A DNA stretch of 64,000 nt from Marinilabiliaceae bacterium (GCA_009777175.1 WRMI01000003.1:242-64241); one strand, 5' to 3'. Positions 38,528 to 46,219 are shown, counted from the first letter of the stretch. Notes: generated from the letters alone by a model not told the origin. Program-made: numbers and translations.

Positions 38528-39580
38528 ATGAAAAAATATTTGAATTTTTTAGCAATTTTTGCGCTCTTAGTGAGCATTGTGAAAATTAATGGACAAGAAT
38601 GCTCAGGATATTGGGACGAGTGGGATCAAGTGGCAAGTGGAGAAGAAACACCAAGTTTTTTCCATCCAAATGTTATTATTAAGAGATTTAGGTGGGATCA
38701 ATGGGATGATGGTCATAATAATGGTAATCCTAACAATCCAGGATCACCTGGAAATCCTGGACAGGGAAATAATGGGTATAATGGATATTCAGTTGATTTA
38801 CACTTAATGACTTATAATCAATGGCGAGGAAGTGCACGTTATGGCAAACATAAAGATGTAATCAACGGTAGTGGTGCACGGGTAGTTGCATTACAGGAAC
38901 AGTTAGGATTGAAAAGGTTTAATCGGCTTAAGAAAAAAACTGGGAGAGAAGGCACTTTCTTGGTTACTGACAGTTGCGCAAACGGTCTTTGCCAATACTA
39001 TGGAATAGCAATGTTGTGGAAAAAAAGTGAAATAGGTATTTCTCCAACGATTTATCATAGAAGAGTTACACTCCCACAGCAAGATAATTATTCCAATAAA
39101 GCACCTTATATAATAGGTGAATTTTCATCTTATTGTGTTGTTTGTGTTCATTACCCTCTTGTTTCAGAAAACCAAGTCGCTATGTCAGACGCAATTTTAG
39201 CAGATCCAATTATTGCAAGTCGTATAGAAGATGAAAGACCGATATATATTGCTGGTGATTTTAATTGTGATTATGATAACGAGGCAGTAAAGAGATTTAC
39301 GAGAGATAATAATTTTTATGTTCTTAATGATAAAGAATTTAGTTATCAAAATGGTAAGAGGATTTTCGAACATGCTACTAAGAAAGATGGCTCTATGATT
39401 GACTTGATACTTGAGTATAATCCCAAATATAATAAAACAGTATCATGGCGTGGAATACCATCATCTTTTTCTCCTGGTTGGTTAGGTCCATGTGTATTGT
39501 GTAATAATTTAATATGTCCATTTCATGTGTCAGACCATTTTCCTTATTATGTTAAACTTTGGTTTCAATATGTTTATTAA
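38528..39580 (+). CDS. Secreted endonuclease/exonuclease/phosphatase (EEP, DNase I-fold) family protein, copy 1
   Basis: Signal peptide; G/N/P-rich linker; the ordered EEP catalytic motifs LMTYNQW, VVALQE, VVCVHYP, IAGDFN, SMIDLIL and VSDHFP. Confidence 0.8.
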   Translation: MKKYLNFLAIFALLVSIVKINGQECSGYWDEWDQVASGEETPSFFHPNVIIKRFRWDQWDDGHNNGNPNNPGSPGNPGQGNNGYNGYSVDLHLMTYNQWRGSARYGKHKDVINGSGARVVALQEQLGLKRFNRLKKKTGREGTFLVTDSCANGLCQYYGIAMLWKKSEIGISPTIYHRRVTLPQQDNYSNKAPYIIGEFSSYCVVCVHYPLVSENQVAMSDAILADPIIASRIEDERPIYIAGDFNCDYDNEAVKRFTRDNNFYVLNDKEFSYQNGKRIFEHATKKDGSMIDLILEYNPKYNKTVSWRGIPSSFSPGWLGPCVLCNNLICPFHVSDHFPYYVKLWFQYVY

Positions 39581-39593
39581 AATTAAATAAATT

Positions 39594-40181
39594 ATGAAGT
39601 CGAAAGTAGTAATAATATTGACATTGTTTATTGTTTTAGTATCTTCGTGCTTTAAAGAAGAAATTGTTTACTATGACATTGCTGAGTGGCAACATAAAAT
39701 GATACCATACCAATTAGGTCAAACTATCACGTTTATTGATACTTTGGGACGAAGTTCTGATGTACATGTAACTAATGATACAACAGCATATTATGATGTT
39801 TTACATATTACAACTCCCGCATATACACAATATACACAATATAGGGAAATAAGATTAATGTCTGACAAACAAGATATTAACATAACATTTGAAATTTTTG
39901 GCACGGGGAGAGATATAATTGTAACATTTTTTGATAATTGGCGGAGTACATTGAGTCATGATGAAGAAGGTAGGTTTATAACTTTCGAGAGTAATAATAG
40001 AAAACAATCTTTATTCGATTCCTTAGAAATAAACAACACAATCCTATACGATGTAGTTGAGCATAATTATTATCATTACTCGACAAAGAAACTTATGTTG
40101 CATCTTTTATACAACACAACTTACGGCATCCTTCATTTTGAATATGAAGAAAGAGTGGTTTATACGTTGGCAGATTTGTAA
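39594..40181 (+). CDS. Lipoprotein partner, copy 1 (no recognisable family)
   Basis: Lipobox LVSSC and a beta-rich sequence. Homologous to the ORF at 41820 (shared KM[IV]PY..GQ, DEEG[RK]FI, LFDS[LI]EINN, LLYNTTYG[IV]L). Confidence 0.65.
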   Translation: MKSKVVIILTLFIVLVSSCFKEEIVYYDIAEWQHKMIPYQLGQTITFIDTLGRSSDVHVTNDTTAYYDVLHITTPAYTQYTQYREIRLMSDKQDINITFEIFGTGRDIIVTFFDNWRSTLSHDEEGRFITFESNNRKQSLFDSLEINNTILYDVVEHNYYHYSTKKLMLHLLYNTTYGILHFEYEERVVYTLADL

Positions 40182-40224
40182 AATAATAAAGTCGAAAGTA
40201 GTAATATTTGCAATAGTTAGAAAC

Positions 40225-40776
40225 GGTAAAATTATCGGCAAATGGATTGAAAATGATACACTCTATACCGATTTTGAAGCAATTTTAACAGAAAATGCCT
40301 TGCAGTTTATTGACACAGAATATCACCGAACAGAGAGATATCATAAAAATTATGCAAAAAAATGGCAATTTAAAAATGCTATTTTAGAAAAGACCGAAAC
40401 TGACAGTATTTCATATCTTGTGGGTAATATAAGGCAATATGATATAAAACGTAAAGAGCCGAGCAAGCCATTATACATTTCTTTGCAAAAGAGTAAAAGT
40501 GCGGAAACACAGTTAGAGACCGAAAAAGATTTTTTTATTGCATATCCAAATCCATTTGAAAACAATATTAATATCATCTTTACGTTAGAGAAGGAAATGA
40601 ATGTAATTATTTCGGTTTATGAAGCAACAGGTAAACTTTTTGATAGACAAAGCATTGGCGTTTTGCAAACAGGGCAACATAACTATTTGCTTGCTCTTTC
40701 GGCACCAAAAGGGCAATATATGCTTGTGGTGCAAACAGGGGACAATAAAATATCTAGTTTAATCATCAAAAAATAA
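40225..40776 (+). pseudogene. 5'-truncated copy of the 3' third of the Sel1/T9SS-CTD gene (orphan CTD module)
   Basis: Aligns to 37970-38521 with about 19 mismatches by hand count. It has no start codon or signal peptide of its own. The ORF-track entry 40057..40776 only gains an N-terminus by reading out of frame through the preceding gene. Confidence 0.65.
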
Positions 40777-40782
40777 TACATT

Positions 40783-41808
40783 ATGAAAAAATATTTGAAA
40801 TTTTTAGCAATTTTTGCGCTCTTATTGAGCGTTTTGGAAATTAATGGACAAGAATGTGCAGGATATTGGGACGAGTGGGATCAAGTGGCAAGTGGAGAAG
40901 GAACACCAAGTTTTTTTCCACCCGGTTATAATCCTGTGAGGTTTTTAGGAGATTTATGGGATGATGGTCATAACGATCCTGGCAGCCCACATCATCCTGG
41001 GAACCAAGGCCCCACCACATATAGTTCCCTAGATTTAATGACTTATAATTTATATCGTAATAGTGCACGTTATGGAAAACACAAAGATGTTATTAACGGT
41101 AGCGGAGCAAATATAGTAGCATTGCAGGAAATGTTAGGTTCTAATAGATTTAACAGACTTAAGAAAAAAACAAGTATGAATGGAAATTTCTTGATTACTG
41201 ACAATTGTGCAAACTGGTTTTTTCAAAATTACGGTATAGCTCTATTATGGAAAAATTATCACTTACCAGACATAACTCAAAGAATAAATCCAAATCTTTC
41301 CCCTTATATAATAGGAGAATTTACAAGTTTTTGTGTTGTTTGTGTTCATTACCCTTTAAATAAAAATGATCAAACGTCTATGTCCAACACAATATTAGCC
41401 GACCCGGTGATTGTAGCTTGCCAAAACGCCGAAAAACCAATTTTTATTGCGGGCGATTTTAATCGAAGTCCTTGGGGTGATAATGAAAACTACCCTATTA
41501 AAGCATTTACAGACCAAGGTTATGAAGTGCTAAATTTTCTGGGCACATATGAAGACCCTCCGAATTCTGGTAACTATAAATGGGATCACGCAACAAAAAA
41601 GGATGGCTCTATGATAGATTTGATACTTGAGTATAGTACTAAATCAGATAAATCTACCGATTGGGGTTTCAGTGGCATTCCCTCTTCTTTTCCTTCTAGC
41701 TGGTTAGGAAAGTGTGATTGTTGTGAAAAGGGGTGGTGCCCCTGTCAACAACATGTTTCAGACCATTTTCCATACCTTGTAAAACGTCGGTGGAAGGCGT
41801 ATGACTAA
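40783..41808 (+). CDS. Secreted EEP (DNase I-fold) family protein, copy 2
   Basis: Same motif set (LMTYNLY, IVALQE, VVCVHYP, IAGDFNRSP, SMIDLIL, VSDHFP). The first ~45 codons are nearly identical to copy 1 and the rest has diverged. Confidence 0.8.
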   Translation: MKKYLKFLAIFALLLSVLEINGQECAGYWDEWDQVASGEGTPSFFPPGYNPVRFLGDLWDDGHNDPGSPHHPGNQGPTTYSSLDLMTYNLYRNSARYGKHKDVINGSGANIVALQEMLGSNRFNRLKKKTSMNGNFLITDNCANWFFQNYGIALLWKNYHLPDITQRINPNLSPYIIGEFTSFCVVCVHYPLNKNDQTSMSNTILADPVIVACQNAEKPIFIAGDFNRSPWGDNENYPIKAFTDQGYEVLNFLGTYEDPPNSGNYKWDHATKKDGSMIDLILEYSTKSDKSTDWGFSGIPSSFPSSWLGKCDCCEKGWCPCQQHVSDHFPYLVKRRWKAYD

Positions 41809-41819
41809 TAAGAAAAAAT

Positions 41820-42503
41820 ATGAAATCGAAAATATTAGTATTGTTATTTGCCTTGCCGGTTGTTTTTGTTTTATCTTGTGAGAAGGAACAAATCGATTAC
41901 TTTTACTTGACTGATACTCAAATTAAGATGGTACCATACACTTTCGGTCAGTCTGTTATGTGTCTTGATTTTTATGGAGATAGTTTTGAACTAATTGTAG
42001 TAGAAGATTACATGTTTTATTCGGAACTCAATTGGGATGCCCCCCGTTATACTAAACACATACAACATCGTGAAGTAAGATTGAATTCTAATAGAAAAAA
42101 TAAACAAAATTATGAAATATATATAGGTTATTCAGGGGAGGATAATTATATTGCGTTTCGAATCTTATATAATTTGTGGTATGGTTTACACCATGACGAT
42201 GAAGGAAAATTTATAATTTCAGAAAGTTATAATAGCAGACAATTCTTATTCGATTCCATAGAAATCAACAATAATATCTATTACGATGTTATTGAGAATA
42301 ATCATATTAACCCTGATAACAACAATGAAATAGTAGGTCGGCTATTATACAACACAACCTACGGTGTCCTTCTATTTGAACATAGGGATATAGAAGGTTT
42401 TGTTATAGATAATTTTTCAAACAACAATATAAATGAAAAAAGTAATTTTTGTTATTTCAATCCTGTTGATTTCACATATAGCGGTTTCTCAGATTATAAA
42501 TGA
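41820..42503 (+). CDS. Lipoprotein partner, copy 2
   Basis: Lipobox FVLSC. Homologous to 39594..40181. Its 3' end overlaps the next ORF by 71 nt. Confidence 0.6.
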   Translation: MKSKILVLLFALPVVFVLSCEKEQIDYFYLTDTQIKMVPYTFGQSVMCLDFYGDSFELIVVEDYMFYSELNWDAPRYTKHIQHREVRLNSNRKNKQNYEIYIGYSGEDNYIAFRILYNLWYGLHHDDEGKFIISESYNSRQFLFDSIEINNNIYYDVIENNHINPDNNNEIVGRLLYNTTYGVLLFEHRDIEGFVIDNFSNNNINEKSNFCYFNPVDFTYSGFSDYK

Positions 42504-42954
42504 TACGTTATATCAAGGAAAAATTGAATCAAAAAAGGTGCTATTGCCCAGAAATGAATTTGCTTTTTCGTTAGGTGGTGTTGTAGAGCAATTAAAACCA
42601 TTTTATGGTGTTGGTGCTTTCACATTCTCCTACCACAAACGTAATAAAATTAAAAATTGGTTTTGGTTTGGTTTTTGTTCAGCCGATATTCATGGGCAAA
42701 ACCGTTATGGTTATTATAGATATGTTTCAATTGCACCCTCAATACGTTTTTCGTTTCTAAATGAACCAAAAGTTACACTATATTCGGGTCTTTCACTAGG
42801 GATAGGAATAATGACTGGTGCTTTCGGAGGAATCTTTCCTTTTTACCAAATAACGCCAATCGGTTTTTCTTACGGCAAACGATTCTTTGTTGGTGGTGAG
42901 TATGGTTATGGTTTAAAAGGTTCTTTTTGTGGTAATGTAGGCTATAGGTGGTGA
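42433..42954 (+). CDS. Small outer-membrane beta-barrel-like protein
   Basis: Signal peptide, alternating Gly/aromatic strands, and a C-terminal ...GNVGYRW aromatic beta-signal. Confidence 0.5.
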   Translation: MKKVIFVISILLISHIAVSQIINDTLYQGKIESKKVLLPRNEFAFSLGGVVEQLKPFYGVGAFTFSYHKRNKIKNWFWFGFCSADIHGQNRYGYYRYVSIAPSIRFSFLNEPKVTLYSGLSLGIGIMTGAFGGIFPFYQITPIGFSYGKRFFVGGEYGYGLKGSFCGNVGYRW

Positions 42955-42988
42955 TTGAAACCATCCTGAACACCACAAGTATGTATTA

Positions 42989-43071
42989 CTCTTTCCGCAC
43001 CCCAAGGGCAATATATGCTTGTGGTACAATTAGAAAACAAAAAATTTACAAATTTAATTATAAAAAAATAG
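42989..43071 (+). pseudogene. Relic of a third T9SS-CTD 3' end
   Basis: CTCTTTCCGCACCCCAAGGGCAATATATGCTTGTGGTACAA... translates to LSAPQGQYMLVVQLENKKFTNLIIKK*. Compare LSAPKGQYMLVVQTGDNKISSLIIKK* in the two upstream copies. Confidence 0.6.
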
Positions 43072-43077
43072 ACAATC

Positions 43078-43176
43078 ATGAACAAATTATTGAAAAAAAT
43101 TATTACTTTTGCATTCATTTTCACAATTTTTGCCCAACTTGCCCAACTATTTCACACATTTCGTACCAAATATTAG
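43078..43176 (+). pseudogene. 32-codon signal-peptide relic following the third CTD relic
   Basis: The ATG lies 6 nt after the relic stop, the same spacing as CTD-to-EEP in copies 1 and 2. It encodes MNKLLKKIITFAFIFTIFAQ... and then stops. Confidence 0.35.
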
Positions 43177-43453
43177 AGTCGAAAGTTCAAATTTTTGTTA
43201 CTGACCCTTTTGTATGGATGAACTTGAAACGGGTTGAGGATTTACCGCAACCTGTTTCACGTTTCCATTGATATGCTAATAGAGTAATTCTTAACGACGT
43301 GAGGAAATCAGATGTCAATTGTAACCCAGCATAAATTTGACAAAGAATAAACAGCTCGCACCTTGATACTATATTCAAGATGTCAGAACAAATTCCGATT
43401 AATGAACTCGGAAATAAACCTACGCCCGAAGTCGTAGATTTTGTTAGAACTAT

Positions 43454-43795
43454 TTAAGAAATCTCTGGACTAAGGTCTTCAAATGTTAACTCAGAAACAA
43501 CCTTTTCATAATCGGTTGTTTGAACTTGCGCGCCTTTAATAAAATCTATCGATTCTTGTAATCCTTCGACAAAATTGTCAAAATCTTCTTTGTACAAAAA
43601 AATCTTGTGCTTTTTAAAATTAAAACTACCATCCTCTTCAAATTTCTTTTTGCTTTCCGTAACCGTCAGATAATATTCGTTCTTTCGGGTTGCTTTCACA
43701 TCAAAGAAGTAAGTTCTTTTTCCTGCTCTTACAGACTTAGAGAAAATCTCTTGGTCAATCCTACCGAGATCTTCTTGCTTTTCCAATCCTTCCAT
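43454..43795 (-). CDS. DUF3276 (PUR-alpha-like nucleic-acid-binding) protein
   Basis: SKSVRAGKRTYFFDVKATRKNEYYLTVTESKK...KHKIFLYKEDF. Confidence 0.8.
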   Translation of the reverse strand: MEGLEKQEDLGRIDQEIFSKSVRAGKRTYFFDVKATRKNEYYLTVTESKKKFEEDGSFNFKKHKIFLYKEDFDNFVEGLQESIDFIKGAQVQTTDYEKVVSELTFEDLSPEIS

Positions 43796-43903
43796 TCTGA
43801 TTTAATGTTTGTTACAACTTCTTAACTATAAAAAATAAACTGCAAAGATGATAATTTTTTTTATAAAAAATATCTTTTTTAATTTTTTTTGTAAAAATTT
43901 TTC

Positions 43904-43911
43904 TATTTTTG
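43904..43911 (+). promoter_or_regulatory. -7 box TATTTTTG for tRNA-His
   Basis: TAnnTTTG match 13 nt before the tRNA. Confidence 0.5.
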
Positions 43912-43923
43912 CACCCTCAAAAT

Positions 43924-44001
43924 GGTGGTTGTAGCTCAGCTGGTTAGAGCGCCAGATTGTGGCTCTGGAGGTCGCCGGTTCGAATCCGGTCAGTCACCCC
44001 A
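43924..44001 (+). tRNA. tRNA-His (GTG) with G-1 and encoded CCA
   Basis: Extra 5' G, acceptor GTGGTTG/CAGTCAC, anticodon loop TTGTGGC, T-loop TTCGAAT, 3' CCCA. Confidence 0.9.
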
Positions 44002-44006
44002 AAAAG

Positions 44007-44036
44007 AAACCGGTTTATTTAAACCGGTTTTTTTTA
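44007..44036. terminator. Bidirectional terminator (AAACCGGTTT x2) between tRNA-His and dprA
   Basis: 10-bp stem AAACCGGTTT/AAACCGGTTT with an ATTT loop, an A-run upstream and a T-run downstream. Confidence 0.7.
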
Positions 44037-44057
44037 AAATTATCATCCAAATCTCAC

Positions 44058-45176
44058 TTAATACCTCAATTTATACAGCCCACCTGGGCTACATTTCACA
44101 AAACCTCTAAATTCCAATCCTAAAAGAGTAGCGCAAGTTTTACTAATTGTCAATTCACATTTTTGGGCTAATAGGTTGACGTTCATCTCTTTTTCGACTA
44201 ATAAAATATCCATTAAAGCTTTTTCTTCGTCTGATTCGGGTTGAAAAAGGATAGGAGGTTCTACTTTGTTTTGGGTTGATTTTGTTTCCCACCCCATTAT
44301 ATATGCAAAATCTTCAACCGATTCAAGTAAGTGTGCCTGATTAGTTTTAATAAGATTGTTGCATCCTTGCGAAAAATCGTCGTTAATCCTTCCGGGGAAT
44401 GTAAAAACTTCTCTATTGTAACTATTAGCGATTCGTGCCGTAATTAATGCGCCACCTTTTTTAGCCGATTCTGCAACAATAACTGCGTCTGCTAACCCTG
44501 CAATAATTCTGTTTCTTTTAATAAAATTTTGTCTATCGGGAGTAGTTTTGGTCATAAATTCCGTAAGGACAGCACCTTTGTATAACATTTCTCGTGCGAG
44601 GTTGCTATGTGCGGGTGGATAAATTCTATCTAATCCGTGCGCCAAAACAGCAACTGTTGGCAAACTATACCTAAATGCGCCTCTATGTGCTGCTGCGTCG
44701 ATTCCATAAGCTAATCCGCTAACAATAATAGTATCGGGATAATTTTTAGCAAGTTCGCCAATAAATTTTTCGCAATAGGTCATGCCATATTCGGTCGCTC
44801 GCCGAGTACCTACAATACTTACTATGCGAGGAGAATCAAGGTCTAAGTCCCCTTTTACATAAAGGATTAAAGGTGCATCGTCACATAAAGAGAGTCGTCG
44901 AGGATAATTGTCATCCAAAAAATAGAGCGTTTTAATATCGTGTTTTACGACAAAATTTATCTCCTCCTCAACGCTATTCAACAACTCTTTTTTGTTAATA
45001 GAATTAAGCATAGATGCTGTGATGCTGCCTATTCCGGGAACTTTTTCTAAAGGTAGTTTTTTCTTTGCAAAGAACTCTTCTACTGACCCGATATACGCAA
45101 TGATATTGCGGGCAAGTTTAGGTCCGATGCCTTTTATTAAACTTAATGCTATCTGATATTTTAATGAGTCTGTCAT
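44058..45176 (-). CDS. dprA: DNA-processing protein DprA
   Basis: IVSGLAYGIDAAAHRGA and GGALITA motifs, with a C-terminal winged-helix-like extension. Confidence 0.9.
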   Translation of the reverse strand: MTDSLKYQIALSLIKGIGPKLARNIIAYIGSVEEFFAKKKLPLEKVPGIGSITASMLNSINKKELLNSVEEEINFVVKHDIKTLYFLDDNYPRRLSLCDDAPLILYVKGDLDLDSPRIVSIVGTRRATEYGMTYCEKFIGELAKNYPDTIIVSGLAYGIDAAAHRGAFRYSLPTVAVLAHGLDRIYPPAHSNLAREMLYKGAVLTEFMTKTTPDRQNFIKRNRIIAGLADAVIVAESAKKGGALITARIANSYNREVFTFPGRINDDFSQGCNNLIKTNQAHLLESVEDFAYIMGWETKSTQNKVEPPILFQPESDEEKALMDILLVEKEMNVNLLAQKCELTISKTCATLLGLEFRGFVKCSPGGLYKLRY

Positions 45177-45194
45177 AAAAGATTTTATTTGTAT

Positions 45195-45653
45195 TTAGTT
45201 TGTATTCAAAAATTTATCTATATATGCAATAATATATTTGTGTTGTGCTTTTGGAATTGCCGAAAGTCCAATACCAGGATAGCGTGCTATTCCTTTTTTT
45301 GATTTTTCATACAAGAAAAGAAATGAAAAAATGCCGAAAAAATATGAACTAACTTCAAATTTTTCAAACTTTTTCTGCTCTATTTGAAATACTTTGAACT
45401 TGCGCCCAAAAGGGAATAACCTATAATGCCTGAAACTTAAAAAGTGACCCCTTTCTACTACAATTTCGATATAATAATATCCGCCGAAAAGATAAATAAC
45501 AATAATGAAAAGGAGTAAAATACCCGAAATTATTTGAAAATATTCAACCTTTTCAATATCAACAAAAAAGGAACCTGCCAAACATCCCAAAATTATTAGC
45601 AAAGATAATCCCAAAATAAATGAAACTCTTTGTGCTGTTGTTTTATTGTTCAT
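45195..45653 (-). CDS. Hypothetical membrane protein (2 TM helices plus a small soluble domain)
   Basis: The ATG giving MNNKTTAQRVSF... is followed by two hydrophobic helices. No recognisable family. Confidence 0.45.
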   Translation of the reverse strand: MNNKTTAQRVSFILGLSLLIILGCLAGSFFVDIEKVEYFQIISGILLLFIIVIYLFGGYYYIEIVVERGHFLSFRHYRLFPFGRKFKVFQIEQKKFEKFEVSSYFFGIFSFLFLYEKSKKGIARYPGIGLSAIPKAQHKYIIAYIDKFLNTN

Positions 45654-45821
45654 AATTACATAAAATTTTTTAGGCGGCAAAAGTAGTTGAAAATTTTGAG
45701 AAAACAAGCTCCCTCTTTAAATTATTTTTTGGGATTGTTTTTTATATCCTACATTATTCATAAATAACTGCAGGCTAAAGACCCCAGTTAATAAAAAAGA
45801 AGTCTATAATCTGTATTATTC

Positions 45822-46004
45822 TTAAATTATTTCCCCCGTCCCTTTCAATGCTACAATAATTTTCTGATAATGTACAATATCTTCGTAACTTAACACGCAT
45901 CCTTTTTTATCTTTCAGCCATTTTGGTGCGGGTTGGTATCCGCCGATGTAGAAATTCCACGCTACTAAAGGAGCGATGTCGAAATATTGTATGTTTTCTA
46001 CCAC
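45822..46004 (-). pseudogene. C-terminal fragment of a type ISP/IIG restriction-modification enzyme
   Basis: WNFYIGGYQPAPKWLKDKKGCVLSYEDIVHYQKIIVAL matches the conserved C-terminal domain of large N6-methylase/restriction fusions. Only about 55 codons remain. The apparent start lies inside a family-R1 repeat. Confidence 0.6.
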
Positions 46005-46132
46005 AAAGAAAACACAAAGATCACAAGTTGATTTATGTTGATATTTAATACTTTGTGTCTTTTGTCTATTTCGGTAAACTCAATAACAATTTCAATCAAT
46101 TCAATAACCAAATTACTTTGTGACCCTTCGGG
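45994..46132. repeat. Palindromic CACAAAG/CTTTGTG element (family R1) with a TTCGGTAAACTCAATAACAA insert
   Basis: TTCTACCACAAAGAAAACACAAAGATCACAAGTTGATTTATGTTGATATTTAATACTTTGTGTC...CTTTGTGACCC. The inner segment is the reverse complement of the 21-mer at 52061. Confidence 0.8.
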
Positions 46133-46211
46133 AAATAATACGGTTTTTCGGCGAGCAACAAATCTATTTATAAAAAAATTAATTTTTTTTTGCAGATTAA
46201 AAAATTTGTAC

Positions 46212-46219
46212 TACTTTTG
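46212..46219 (+). promoter_or_regulatory. -7 box TACTTTTG for the tRNA-Glu/rpsT unit
   Basis: TAnnTTTG match 41 nt before the first tRNA-Glu. Confidence 0.45.

Noticed and set aside
40057-40776. A 239-aa ORF that looks like an intact gene.
   Set aside because: Its first ~55 codons are an out-of-frame read through the 3' end of the lipoprotein gene and the junction scar. Only 40225-40776 is homologous to a real protein, the C-terminal third of the Sel1/CTD gene. It is treated as a truncated module.
43380-43457. A 25-codon ORF (MSEQIPINELGNKPTPEVVDFVRTI) at the right end of the island.
   Set aside because: It is too short, has no recognisable motif, and overlaps the stop region of the convergent DUF3276 gene. 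It may be a gene-start relic, but this cannot be supported.
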